Positions 18,802-28,606 of a DNA stretch of 33,514 nt are shown piece after piece. Source of the DNA: Rhodospirillales bacterium. GTDB lineage: Bacteria > Pseudomonadota > Alphaproteobacteria > Rhodospirillales > Defluviicoccaceae. The position numbers were made by a program, and so were the translations under genes. The notes under the pieces were generated by a model, which had not been told where the DNA came from, searched no databases, and saw only the letters and a program-made list of their open reading frames with translations. The stretch lies in contig DAIQPV010000002.1 of the NCBI GenBank assembly GCA_036787145.1, positions 1 to 33,514 on the forward strand. Reading direction: 5' to 3'. Every line of letters begins with the position of its first letter. Position 1 is the stretch's first letter.

Positions 18802-19260
18802 TTGCGGCTCACCCAGTTCTCGAACTTCTCGATCCGCCTGCTGATGTATGCCGCTCTGAAAGGAAACACGCCGAGTGCTGTTCCGGAGGTCGCCCGAGCT
18901 TATGGCGTCTCCTACGACCACCTTAAGAAAGCGGCGTCAGAACTTTGCCGGCATGGATACCTGGAGACCGTCCGCGGCCGGAATGGCGGAGTTCGGCTGG
19001 CGAAGAACCCGAGCGAGATCCGGATCGGCGATGTCATCCGGCGGACGGAAGGCGGCACGGTGCTCGTCGAATGCTTCGATCAGGAAACGAACACCTGCCC
19101 CTTGCTCGGCGCATGCGAGTTGCAGGTCGCCTTGCAGGAGGCCCTTGCGGCCTTCTTCGATGTCCTCGATCGATATACGCTCGCCGACCTTGTTCACGCA
19201 CCCGACCGACTCATGCCGCAGCTTGGCTTGTCTGTAAGGGCAAGCACGCCGGCCCGGTGA
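18802..19260 (+). CDS. Rrf2 family transcriptional regulator (NsrR/RirA-like, three Fe-S cysteines)
   Basis: MRLT...F.IR.LMY, ETVRGRNGGVRLA, VECFDQETNTCPLLGAC (C-x7-C-x5-C), YTLADL; TTG start after GAGGGAG. Confidence 0.93.
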   Translation: MRLTQFSNFSIRLLMYAALKGNTPSAVPEVARAYGVSYDHLKKAASELCRHGYLETVRGRNGGVRLAKNPSEIRIGDVIRRTEGGTVLVECFDQETNTCPLLGACELQVALQEALAAFFDVLDRYTLADLVHAPDRLMPQLGLSVRASTPAR

Positions 19261-19284
19261 CTGCGGTTCGCCGCGCAACCGAGC

Positions 19285-19698
19285 TCACGCCCGGCCGGTC
19301 GCGCGCAGCAGCCACGCCGCGGAAAGCCCCCAAAGCGCGTTTGCGGCAATGACATAGGCTGGGGTCAGCACGCCGAGGTCGAGGCCGAAATGGCCCTGGC
19401 CGGCTTCGCGCGGATATACGTAGAGCAACTGGTACGCCGTTGGCGCGAGACTGAGAATGAGTCCGCGGATCCACCACCGGCCGCTCACCAAGGGCAGGAG
19501 AAACAGAAAGCCCCATAATCCGCCCGCGACAATTCGGGGGTTGAGCCAGCTCGGAGTTAGGCTCGGGGCGGCAATGCCGATGCCAAGGCGGGCGGTCAGG
19601 TGATACGTGCCGGCGAACCAGAGCACCACGCTGGTGACCAGGGCGCCGAAGGCCCCGGCGGCAAAGCTCATGGACGCGCGATCAAGAAGCTGTCGCAT
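19285..19698 (-). CDS. Hypothetical membrane protein (about 4 TM segments)
   Basis: Several hydrophobic segments (GAFGALVTSVVLWF, GGLWGFLFLLPL, YVIAANALWG); start 19698 or 19737. Confidence 0.7.
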   Translation of the reverse strand: MRQLLDRASMSFAAGAFGALVTSVVLWFAGTYHLTARLGIGIAAPSLTPSWLNPRIVAGGLWGFLFLLPLVSGRWWIRGLILSLAPTAYQLLYVYPREAGQGHFGLDLGVLTPAYVIAANALWGLSAAWLLRATGRA

Positions 19699-19802
19699 GC
19701 TGCGATGGGCCGATCTCGGGAAGTGGGGCCAGACCATCCCACGATATCAGCCGGCTCGTCCACACCCCGTGGCACTAAACAGGCGAGCGGCTTGCTTCGC
19801 CG

Positions 19803-20579
19803 TCACCGGTCGAGAGCAGCCTCCAGAGTCGGCCCGATCTCGGCGTGAATGACCAGATCGGCGAGGTCGTCGAGATCGGTCTGTTCGCGGTTGAGGATGA
19901 CGAGGCGGGCGCCCGCCTGCTTCGCCAGAACCGGCAGCCCGGCAGCCGGAAACACCTTCAGGGAAGATCCGACGGCGAAGAAAAAATCGCAGGATCTCGC
20001 CGCCGCGGTCGCCCGCCGCATCTCTTCCTGCGGCATCGCCTGGCCAAACGAGATCGTCGCCGTCTTGACCAGGCCCCCGCACGTCTGACACACCGGCAAG
20101 GTCCCCTCCGCCTGAAACCTCCTGCGGATCGGCTCCAGATCGTACTCGTCGCCGCAGCTCAGACAGTGGGCATAGGTGGTATTGCCGTGGAGTTCGATGA
20201 CCCGCTCCCGCGGAACACCCGGGTCCTGATGCAGGCCGTCGATGTTCTGGGTGATGACCGCGACCACCTTCCCCTCGCGGACGAGCCGGGCGACGGCCTG
20301 GTGGCCGCGATTGGGCTTGGCCTGCATCACCGTCTCGTGGGTGTCGAACTTGCGCCGCCAGTACTCCCGCCGGGCGTCTTCGGAGCTCACAAACGCATCG
20401 AAGTCGATCGGGCGGTACTTCGACCAGATGCCCCCCGGGCTCCGATAATCGGGAATCCCGGACTCCGTGCTGATACCCGCCCCGGTGAACACGACGGCGC
20501 GGCGGTTCGCCTGCAAGATCTCTCTGAGCCGGAGGATCGACGCGGCCATGGGGTGATGCTGCCCGCGCCGGCGGCTCAC
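19803..20579 (-). CDS. Sir2 family NAD-dependent protein deacylase (CobB-like)
   Basis: [27 protein letters not shown], two CxxC zinc motifs, VGSSL.V.PA; GTG start overlaps the upstream stop (GTGA), alternative ATG at 20549. Confidence 0.93.
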   Translation of the reverse strand: MSRRRGQHHPMAASILRLREILQANRRAVVFTGAGISTESGIPDYRSPGGIWSKYRPIDFDAFVSSEDARREYWRRKFDTHETVMQAKPNRGHQAVARLVREGKVVAVITQNIDGLHQDPGVPRERVIELHGNTTYAHCLSCGDEYDLEPIRRRFQAEGTLPVCQTCGGLVKTATISFGQAMPQEEMRRATAAARSCDFFFAVGSSLKVFPAAGLPVLAKQAGARLVILNREQTDLDDLADLVIHAEIGPTLEAALDR

Positions 20580-21601
20580 TGCCGCTGGCCTGGCTCCCGC
20601 CGGCCGTTACGCTCGCTGTCCAGCGTCACCATCTGCCGGTCGTCGTAGCGTGTTCCCAAGACCGCGTCACTCGGCACCGCTGCGGCGATCCGCTCCACCT
20701 CGTCTCCGCTGAGCTCGATGTCGCAGGCCTGCAGCGCCTCCGCGAGCCGCGGGCGGGTGCGGGCGCCGACCAGCGGGATAATGTCGTCGCCACGTGCCAG
20801 CACCCAGGCGATCGCGATCTGCGCGGGGCTGACACCCTTTTCATCGGCGATCGCGCGCAGCGCTTCGACCAGCGTGAGATTGTGGTCCAGATTGGCGCCC
20901 TGGAACCGCGGCAGCGTGGCGCGGAAGTCGAAGCCGGTGGCACTCGGCCCCTGCCAGCGGCCGCTCAGCAGGCCGCGGGAGAGGACGCCATACGCGGTCA
21001 CACCGATGCCGAGTTCGCGGAGCGTGGGCAGGATCCCGGTTTCGATGCCGCGGCTCATCAGCGAATACTCGATTTGCAGATCGACGATCGGATGGGTCTG
21101 CTGGGCGCGGCGGACCGTCTCCGCCCCCGCTTCCGACAGGCCGACGGACCGCACGTAGCCGGCCTGGATCATCTCGGCGATGGCGCCGACCGTCTCCTCG
21201 ATCGGCACCGAAGGATCGATCCGAGCCGGACGATAGATATCGATGTGGTCGGTTCCCAGCCGCTTCAGCGAATAGGCCAGCGCGCTCTTCACCGCCTGCG
21301 GCCTGTTGTCGATGCCGATGAAGTCTCCTCTCGGCGAGCGTAGGGCACCGAACTTGACGGAGAGCAGAATCTGGTCGCGGCGACCCTTGATCGCGCGGCC
21401 GATCAGCATCTCGTTGTGGCCCATGCCGTAGAAGTCGCCGGTGTCCAGCAGCGTCACCCCGGCATCGATCGCCGCCTGGATGGTGGCGATGCTTTCCGCC
21501 TCGTCCGCCGGCCCGTAGAAATCCGACATCCCCATGCACCCGAGGCCAACTGCCGAGCACTGTGGGCCTGACTTACCGAGCTGTCGCTGCTTCACTGCCA
21601 C
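20576..21601 (-). CDS. Aldo/keto reductase
   Basis: [50 protein letters not shown]. Confidence 0.95.
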   Translation of the reverse strand: MAVKQRQLGKSGPQCSAVGLGCMGMSDFYGPADEAESIATIQAAIDAGVTLLDTGDFYGMGHNEMLIGRAIKGRRDQILLSVKFGALRSPRGDFIGIDNRPQAVKSALAYSLKRLGTDHIDIYRPARIDPSVPIEETVGAIAEMIQAGYVRSVGLSEAGAETVRRAQQTHPIVDLQIEYSLMSRGIETGILPTLRELGIGVTAYGVLSRGLLSGRWQGPSATGFDFRATLPRFQGANLDHNLTLVEALRAIADEKGVSPAQIAIAWVLARGDDIIPLVGARTRPRLAEALQACDIELSGDEVERIAAAVPSDAVLGTRYDDRQMVTLDSERNGRREPGQRQ

Positions 21602-21662
21602 CCCTTCCCTTCCGTGCGCGGCCCATCCTGCCCGGCAAGCTCACGCGGGGTAAAGGGGCGTT

Positions 21663-23432
21663 TCAGTTCCGCACCACCTGCCGCTCGGGGAGGCCTGCCT
21701 GGCGCAGCAAATGCAGGAAATGGGCAAGGTGCTCCGGTTCCTTGAAAGGCGCAAACTGGGGCATCTCCTCCAGGGTGAACTCCGGACTGAGCTGCAGCAG
21801 AGCAGGCACGAGGCGATGCGCCTCGTCGAATCGATCGATCGCGATATTGTTGGCAACCATCAGCAAGAAGCTCGGAATCGGCAGAGCCTCGGTCCTTGAC
21901 GAGACGAGGCGATCAAGGACCACAGCGGCATCGGCATGGCGGCCCAGGAGGTAAAGGGAACGGGCCCAAATCGGCACGTACCAGTCGGGATGGTCCGGAT
22001 TCAGCCTTATCGCCAGGTTGATATCGGCGAGGCCATCTTCGGGTCGGCCGCCAAAATTCAACACCAGGGCGTTCAGCGCGCGCATGTCGGCGCTGTTGGG
22101 GCCGAGGGCGACGGCGCGCTGAAGCGCCAGTTCGGCCCGGTCGTGATGCCCCATCCAGAGTTCTGCGCTACCGAGGACACCAAATCCCCAGTAGTCATTG
22201 CGATTGGCCTCAATCGCCTTGAGCGCTTCCAGGCGCGCCTTTTTCAATCGCTCTTTCGCATCATGCGCCCGACCGAGCAGGGCGCAATGGAGCTGGGCAT
22301 GGGCCAGGGCTGCATGAGCACGGGAATAGGATGGATCGATCGCAAGAGCAGCTTCCGCAGCGTCAATTGCGCTTTGGATGTTCGATCGGGTCATGCGGGA
22401 TACGAGCCCGGCGGCGCGCAGAACGTGACCATACGCGCCCAAATCTGCCGGCTTCTTGGGAGCGTCTTGCTCCAGGCCGATGTCGATGAGCTTATTCAGC
22501 AAGGTGCTGTAGATAGCGGCGGTCAACTCATCCTGGACCTCGAAAACGTCCTCGATCGACCGATCATACCGCTCGGCCCAAACGTAGCCGCCTGTCATGG
22601 CGTCGCTTAGCTGGGCCGTGACCCGAATACGTTTGCCGGCTTTGCGGACGGTTCCTCCCAGGACATAGCGCACGCCCAGATCCTGCCCGACTCGCTTGAC
22701 GTCTTTTGGCTTGTCCTTATAGACGAGGCTCGAATGATGGGCGATGACGAAAAGATCCGGCTCGCGTGAGAGTTCCGTGATTACATCCTGCGCTAGGCCA
22801 TCCGCGAAATATTCCATGTCAGGCATATTGCTGATGCTCTTGAATGGCAAAACCGCAATAGATGGTTTATCCGGCGGTATGAGTTTGTTGAGCTTATTTC
22901 TGACCCGTGGCGTAGGAGATCGATTGAAATCGAGCCTATAAACGCGCACCGGCTCGTCGATATTCTTGACACGTTGTTCGCCCAGGTCCTCGAATAAACC
23001 ATCGATCTTGTTGCGTACCTGGCGGTAGGCGTCCTCCGAAATGCAAATCCCCCCGGGTTCGGCTAAGCCCTCCAGGCGAACCGCGAGGTTCACTCCGTCA
23101 CCATAAATGTCCTCATCTTCGAAAATGACATCGCCAATATTAATACCGGCCCGGAAGACGAGATGCTGTTCCTGCGGCAATTTTTGTTGGCTGTCACGCC
23201 AACTTTTTTGCAACACGATGCAGCATTCCACGGCATCGATGACGCTGCCGAACTCGGCGAGAAACCCGTCCCCGGTGAGCTTTACGATGCGGCCATGATG
23301 GCTGTTGATTGCGGGCTTGCTGACTTCCTCGTGGAGGGCACGGTAGTGGGCATACGTCCCCCGCTCGTCCGCAGCCATGAGGCGCGAAAAACCGACGACG
23401 TCCGCAGCGAGGATGGCAGCCAGACGGCGCAC
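21663..23432 (-). CDS. Class III adenylate/guanylate cyclase with TolB-like and TPR domains
   Basis: RRLAAILAADVVGFS, KLTGDG, DIYGDGVNLA.RLE; PSIAVLPF...YFADG; Ala-rich TPR-like repeats. Confidence 0.92.
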   Translation of the reverse strand: MRRLAAILAADVVGFSRLMAADERGTYAHYRALHEEVSKPAINSHHGRIVKLTGDGFLAEFGSVIDAVECCIVLQKSWRDSQQKLPQEQHLVFRAGINIGDVIFEDEDIYGDGVNLAVRLEGLAEPGGICISEDAYRQVRNKIDGLFEDLGEQRVKNIDEPVRVYRLDFNRSPTPRVRNKLNKLIPPDKPSIAVLPFKSISNMPDMEYFADGLAQDVITELSREPDLFVIAHHSSLVYKDKPKDVKRVGQDLGVRYVLGGTVRKAGKRIRVTAQLSDAMTGGYVWAERYDRSIEDVFEVQDELTAAIYSTLLNKLIDIGLEQDAPKKPADLGAYGHVLRAAGLVSRMTRSNIQSAIDAAEAALAIDPSYSRAHAALAHAQLHCALLGRAHDAKERLKKARLEALKAIEANRNDYWGFGVLGSAELWMGHHDRAELALQRAVALGPNSADMRALNALVLNFGGRPEDGLADINLAIRLNPDHPDWYVPIWARSLYLLGRHADAAVVLDRLVSSRTEALPIPSFLLMVANNIAIDRFDEAHRLVPALLQLSPEFTLEEMPQFAPFKEPEHLAHFLHLLRQAGLPERQVVRN

Positions 23433-23525
23433 CGCGAACTCTCCCTTTGTGCAGAAAAAGTACCCGAGGCGCGCGCGTGATGCCAGTGCGCTGACGCCAT
23501 GACCGGTTTTGAGCCAGCGGGTCTC

Positions 23526-26291
23526 TCAACCCGCTGGTGGTCCCACCTGGATACCACTCACGGCTCCAGCGGAGCCCGAAGGGCGCATCCTGCGAATAAT
23601 CAGCTTCTCCGCTTCGACGACGAAGAAAAACACCAGGCCTGCGATTACCAGCCAGGGCCATACCCAGAGCGGGATGGCTTCGGTTTCGAACAGAACCTGG
23701 AAGGGCGGCGCGTAGGTGAACAAAAGCTGCAGGACGACGACGGCGCCGATGCCCATGGGCAGATACCTGTTGCCGAGGTGGGCCTTGAGCGACAGCGAGG
23801 AGTCGACCTTGTACCGGCTGTTGAGCAGATAGAACACCTGGCCGATCACCAGCGTGTTGACCGCCACCGCCCGGGCGAGTTCGTCCGAAGCGTTTTCCGA
23901 TTTCATCCAGAAGAAGGCCCACAAGGTGAGGATGAGCAGCATCAGGCCGACGAAAACGACACGCCATAGTCCGAACCGGTCGAGGATCGGGAGATCGACC
24001 CCGCGCGGCTGCCGCTGCATCACGCCCAGTTCGTGCGGCTCGAAGGAAATGACCAGCCCGAGCGCCACCGAGGTCACCATGTTGACCCAGAGGATCTGCG
24101 GAGCCGTGATCGGCGCCGTGAATCCGACGAAGATCGCCACCATGATGACCAGCGCCTGGGCAACGTTGGTCGGCAGCATGAACAGGATGGCCTTCTCGAT
24201 GTTGTTGTAGACCGTGCGTCCTTCCCTGACCGCCGCCGTGATTGAGGCGAAGTTGTCATCGGCGAGCACCATCTCGGAGGCCTCCTTGGTGACCTCGGTG
24301 CCTTTGATCCCCATCGCGACGCCGATGTCGGCCTTCTTGAGGGCGGGGGCGTCGTTCACCCCGTCGCCGGTCATCGCGACGATCTGGCCGTTCGCCTGGA
24401 TCGCCTTGACGAGGCGGAGCTTGTGTTCCGGGCTCGCGCGGGCAAACACATCGACATCGTGGACCCGCTGCTGCAGCGTCGCCGTGTCGACGTCCTCGAT
24501 CTCGGCGCCGGTCATCGCCGTCCGGCCATCGCCGATGCCCAGCATCTTGGCGATCGCAGCGGCGGTAATCTTGTGGTCGCCGGTGATCATCGTCACCCGG
24601 ATGCCGCCCCCCAAACACTCTCTCACCGCCTCGATCGCTTCCTTGCGCGGCGGGTCCAGAAGGCCGATCAGGCCGAGCAGGATCAGGTTTCTTGGCAAAT
24701 CCTTAGGGCCGAGATTGCCGGGCTGAAGGCCGGGCTGTTCCAGCCAGGCCAGGGCCAGCACACGCTCTCCCTGCGCGGCGAGCCGATCCGATCCGGCCGT
24801 AAAATGGTCGCGATCGATCGGGGCTTGCGTGCCGGCCGCCGTCTGCTGGCGATCGCAGTATTCAAGGATAACTTCCGGAGCACCCTTGACCAGGAGAAGT
24901 TCCTTGCCCGCTGGGTCCCGGTGCAGCGTCGCCATGAAGCGGTGTTCCGATTCGAACGGAATAGCGTCGATGCGAGGGTAAGTACCCTGCTCGGCCTGCC
25001 GATCCAGCCCGATCTTGTTTGCAAACGGATAGAGCGCGCCTTCCGTCGGATCGCCCTCCACCTTCCAGACGCCTTCGTCCTGGAAAAGCTGCGCGTCATT
25101 GCAGAGGGCAGAGACCCGGCCCATGAGCGTCAGCACCGGGTCCTCGACGGCGGGTGCTCCGTCCTTCCGCACCTCGCCCTCGGCGGCGTAGCCTTCCCCG
25201 GTGACTTGATAGCCGGACTCGGCCGTCACCGCCGAGACGACCATCATCTCCATCAGCGTGAGCGTGCCGGTCTTGTCGGAGCAGATCCGCGACACGGACC
25301 CCAGCGTCTCGACGGCGGGAAGGCGGCGGATGATGGCGTTCCGCTGCGCCATGCGCTGGACGCCGATTGCCAGAGTGACGGTAATCAGCGCGGGGAGCCC
25401 CTCCGGGATGACGGAGACCGCGATGCTGACGACGGACTGGAAGATCTCCACGAAGGGCATTTCGCGGACCCACCGGCCGAACATGAACACGAGGACGCCG
25501 ACCACACCGATCACCGCGGTAATGCCATACCCGAACTTTTTGATCTGGCGCAGCAGCGGCGTCTCGAGGGGGCTGACCGCCGCCATCATCTGGTTGATGC
25601 GTCCCAGCTCGGTTTCGCTGCCGGTCCCGACAACGACGCCCTTGCCACGTCCGGAAGCGACCAGCGTCCCGGAAAAGGCCATCCCTTCGCGATCGCCGAC
25701 CGTCGCGTTTTCGGCGACAGCGCCCGTCGTCTTGTCGATCGGGACGGATTCCCCCGTGAGTGCGGCCTCTTCGGTCCGCAGGCTCTTGACCTCGACCAGG
25801 CGAAGATCGGCCGGAATCCGATCGCCAGACTCGAGGAGGACGATGTCGCCCGGCACCAGATCTTCCGCGGGCACCATGCGCGTTTCGCCGCCGCGCAAAG
25901 TTCGCGCTTCCGCCGAGAGCATGTTGCGGATCGAATCCAGCGCTTTTTCCGCCTTGCCTTCCTGCAGGAAGCCGAGCAGCCCGTTGATGACGACGACGGC
26001 CAGAATGATGGCCGCGTCAAGCCACAGGCCGACCATCAGCTTGACGAAGCCCGCCGCGAGAAGGACGTAGACCAGAACGTTGTTGAACTGCGCAAGGAAG
26101 CGCACCAGCGGTCCCCGCTTGCGTCCTTGCGGCAGGCTGTTGCGGCCGAACGTCGCCAGCCGGCGCTCCACCTCGGCCGCATCGAGGCCGGTCGCGCCAT
26201 CGCAGTCGAGCCGATGCAGCACGTCGCCCGCAGCAACCGCGTGCCACGGCGCTGCGATGTCCTCAGCCTTAACGACCGCTCCCGCCTTCAT
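23526..26291 (-). CDS. Cation-transporting P-type ATPase (type II, CtpF/PacL-like)
   Basis: TGES, IPEGLP, DKTGTLT phosphorylation site, KGAPE, DPPR, MITGD, TGDGVNDAPALK; AGGAGG RBS before ATG 26291. Confidence 0.95.
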   Translation of the reverse strand: MKAGAVVKAEDIAAPWHAVAAGDVLHRLDCDGATGLDAAEVERRLATFGRNSLPQGRKRGPLVRFLAQFNNVLVYVLLAAGFVKLMVGLWLDAAIILAVVVINGLLGFLQEGKAEKALDSIRNMLSAEARTLRGGETRMVPAEDLVPGDIVLLESGDRIPADLRLVEVKSLRTEEAALTGESVPIDKTTGAVAENATVGDREGMAFSGTLVASGRGKGVVVGTGSETELGRINQMMAAVSPLETPLLRQIKKFGYGITAVIGVVGVLVFMFGRWVREMPFVEIFQSVVSIAVSVIPEGLPALITVTLAIGVQRMAQRNAIIRRLPAVETLGSVSRICSDKTGTLTLMEMMVVSAVTAESGYQVTGEGYAAEGEVRKDGAPAVEDPVLTLMGRVSALCNDAQLFQDEGVWKVEGDPTEGALYPFANKIGLDRQAEQGTYPRIDAIPFESEHRFMATLHRDPAGKELLLVKGAPEVILEYCDRQQTAAGTQAPIDRDHFTAGSDRLAAQGERVLALAWLEQPGLQPGNLGPKDLPRNLILLGLIGLLDPPRKEAIEAVRECLGGGIRVTMITGDHKITAAAIAKMLGIGDGRTAMTGAEIEDVDTATLQQRVHDVDVFARASPEHKLRLVKAIQANGQIVAMTGDGVNDAPALKKADIGVAMGIKGTEVTKEASEMVLADDNFASITAAVREGRTVYNNIEKAILFMLPTNVAQALVIMVAIFVGFTAPITAPQILWVNMVTSVALGLVISFEPHELGVMQRQPRGVDLPILDRFGLWRVVFVGLMLLILTLWAFFWMKSENASDELARAVAVNTLVIGQVFYLLNSRYKVDSSLSLKAHLGNRYLPMGIGAVVVLQLLFTYAPPFQVLFETEAIPLWVWPWLVIAGLVFFFVVEAEKLIIRRMRPSGSAGAVSGIQVGPPAG

Positions 26292-26445
26292 GCACCGCCA
26301 CTCCCTCCTGTGACCTTTGAGTGCAGCATCATCGGAGCCGGGAGAAAGAGCAAGGCGCTCGAGTATTCCACGGAGATGTGGGCACGGAAGCTTCGCGGCG
26401 TTCAATCCGCACGCCTGCTCATGCCGCCCGACCGTGATTTGTCGC

Positions 26446-27630
26446 CTAAAGCACCAGGAGCCGCTTGACGATAGTCATGAGTTCCTTCATGGGCAATTGC
26501 GTGGCCCCGCCGGCCACCAGGGGTATCAGCGCGGCGGCAGAAACCGGCAGCAACGCGCTGCGGCTGAACAGAAGCGTTGAGATGCTTTTGGCCGCGGAGA
26601 ATGTCTTGTCGGGATCCGCGATATCGGCAGCGGGCACCGATTCCGCGTCATCCGATGCGCTGATATTGCGACCCAACACCCCCCGTTCGACCGCGCGATG
26701 GTATTGCGTTGCCTGTGCGCTGGACACCAGAAGCGTCTGCTCTCTGAGCTCAGAGAGCACCCTGCTGAAGGCGTGGAGCGGGAAAGCCAACAGAATGAAC
26801 ACGATCGCCAGCCAGGCGACCATGACATACCCGTACGTGGCTGCTGCAATAGCGCCCTTGAGCAGCGCTTCGGCGAGCGCGGCGCCGACCACGCAGCTGA
26901 TCGCAAAGACGAACGCGGCGTAAGCATTTGGATATCGGCCGATAAACGCCAAGCCGCCGTAACCGTCGGGATGGGTCGCCACCAGGCGGAGCTCAAGCCT
27001 CGCCAGAGCACGCAACAGCAGCGACCAGACCAGGAGCCTCCATAGCCAGCGAAACAGCAGAAACCAGAAGATCGGGCTGCTGACAATCAGGCTCCACCAA
27101 CCCGCGGCTGTAAATGCTTTGGCCTCTGCCGACGAGTGGACGGCCCACGAGGACGCGTGGATATCGAGCATGTTGAATGCCGAGATGATCGTAACGCCAC
27201 AAGCGAGACCGAAACAGACCAGCTCGGCAGTCAATGAATCGCGGCGCCGCAACGCCTGGGTAACCGCTTCAGCCGCGGGCGCGAAGGAGACCGGGGCCAG
27301 GAGCGGCGCACGCACGAAATGTCGAAGAAACGCGCGGAGGCGCTCTTCGACCTGTCTCTCCATCAGAACAAAAATGGCGACAGCGATCAGAAATCTCGCC
27401 CAAACGCCGAGCGACAGGAGGTACGGCCGATCCGCGAAAGGGCCAAAGGCGTGGCCGGCAAGGACGCTCAACAGTAGAGGCACGCCCCATGCCAGCGCCA
27501 CAAAGAGCAGCGCTCTTGGTCCCGATCGGAGCGCCCTGTCGTGCAGGAGGCGCAGGCGCTTCTGCAGCTCGTAAAAGGCACCACCGTGGGCGATGAGAAA
27601 ATCGTCAATGCTCGTTTCTCGTCCACTCAT
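26446..27630 (-). CDS. Hypothetical polytopic membrane protein
   Basis: Multiple hydrophobic helices, RWLWR and HPDGYGGLAF segments; GGGGAGAG RBS before ATG 27630. Confidence 0.8.
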   Translation of the reverse strand: MSGRETSIDDFLIAHGGAFYELQKRLRLLHDRALRSGPRALLFVALAWGVPLLLSVLAGHAFGPFADRPYLLSLGVWARFLIAVAIFVLMERQVEERLRAFLRHFVRAPLLAPVSFAPAAEAVTQALRRRDSLTAELVCFGLACGVTIISAFNMLDIHASSWAVHSSAEAKAFTAAGWWSLIVSSPIFWFLLFRWLWRLLVWSLLLRALARLELRLVATHPDGYGGLAFIGRYPNAYAAFVFAISCVVGAALAEALLKGAIAAATYGYVMVAWLAIVFILLAFPLHAFSRVLSELREQTLLVSSAQATQYHRAVERGVLGRNISASDDAESVPAADIADPDKTFSAAKSISTLLFSRSALLPVSAAALIPLVAGGATQLPMKELMTIVKRLLVL

Positions 27631-27968
27631 GGTCTCTCCCCGAAATGATTGATGCCACCCACCAGACACAGGATCGAATCGACCGCCGACGTTGCCTTCT
27701 GGTCGCGGCCGCTCTGCCGATCGGGGCCTGACCGGGCGGATCCGACGTCTCCCGGGCAGTATCCGTCGAAGTCAACCGGAGTTCATCAAGCGAACAATGC
27801 CCAAGCGCCTGGTCTGGCAGCTTTGCGAACAGCGCCAATTGTCGACATGCCAGATGATAAACAAAAGCGACCATACTTGAAGTATTAGATCTGAATACGC
27901 GGCCCAAAATGTCTCCCCGAAACATCATGGGAGATCGTGTCATATATGCAACAGACCTGCACGGGCAT

Positions 27969-27994
27969 GGAACCAGGTGATCTTGCAAAGTGTT
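27969..27994 (+). promoter_or_regulatory. Putative ECF sigma (EcfG/RpoE2-type) promoter upstream of rlpA
   Basis: GGAAC-N17-TGTT; near-identical to the motif upstream of ku (28629-28654). Confidence 0.5.
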
Positions 27995-28071
27995 CGATCA
28001 ACGCTATCTGGCAGCGTGTCAGAAGCAGGCTGTTACTCGCGGTGACGTGATAACAATTGAAGGACATTGAA

Positions 28072-28488
28072 ATGACACTGCCCCGGCTAAGATGGGCTGC
28101 CCTTGCGATCGTCTTCGCCTTCGCTCCTATTCTTGCGACCGACGACCCGGCACAGGCGCAGCATGCCAAGATCGTTTACGCTCAGAAGGGCAAAGCGTCG
28201 TGGTACGGACCGGGATTCCACGGCCGGAAAACCGCCAGTGGCGAGCGGTTCAACCAGCATGCGCTGACCGCCGCGCACCGCAAGCTGCCGCTCGGCACCC
28301 GGGCAACCGTGGTCAACATGGCCAACGGCAAAAGCATCGAGGTCGAAATCAACGATCGCGGACCGTATGTGGCCGGCCGTATCCTGGACGTTTCGAAGGC
28401 CGTGGCCGATCGGCTTGGGATGAGAGAGAGCGGAACGGCACCGGTTCGCCTCATTGTAACCGAGAAGCAGGCCGCCGGGGGTGCGTGA
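28072..28488 (+). CDS. rlpA: RlpA family lytic transglycosylase (DPBB domain only)
   Basis: GKASWYG..FHGRKTASGE.F....LTAAH..LPLGT, INDRGPY, ILDVS; hydrophobic signal-like N-terminus without a lipobox Cys; no SPOR domain. Confidence 0.9.
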   Translation: MTLPRLRWAALAIVFAFAPILATDDPAQAQHAKIVYAQKGKASWYGPGFHGRKTASGERFNQHALTAAHRKLPLGTRATVVNMANGKSIEVEINDRGPYVAGRILDVSKAVADRLGMRESGTAPVRLIVTEKQAAGGA

Positions 28489-28606
28489 TCTGACCCTGGC
28501 GTGTCGGCTCTCCTTGGCCTGGAACGGCCAGCGTGGCCGGCTCTATCCGAGGCGACTGTCATCTGCCCCAGATTCTGCGCTTCAGATGGTCCGGCCACGC
28601 GTTTTT

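Noticed and set aside
19803..20579. Sir2 protein as an anti-phage NADase (Thoeris/DSR-type)
   Set aside because: It is a compact zinc-binding CobB-like deacylase with no defence-associated partner genes nearby.
24423..26468. 681-aa plus-strand ORF
   Set aside because: Antisense shadow of the P-type ATPase; long stop-free antisense frames are expected in high-GC coding DNA and it has no recognisable motifs.
27631..28071. Riboswitch, sRNA or small ORFs in the long divergent spacer
   Set aside because: No recognisable RNA family signature and the short ORFs lack support; an Rfam/Infernal search would be needed to exclude an RNA.
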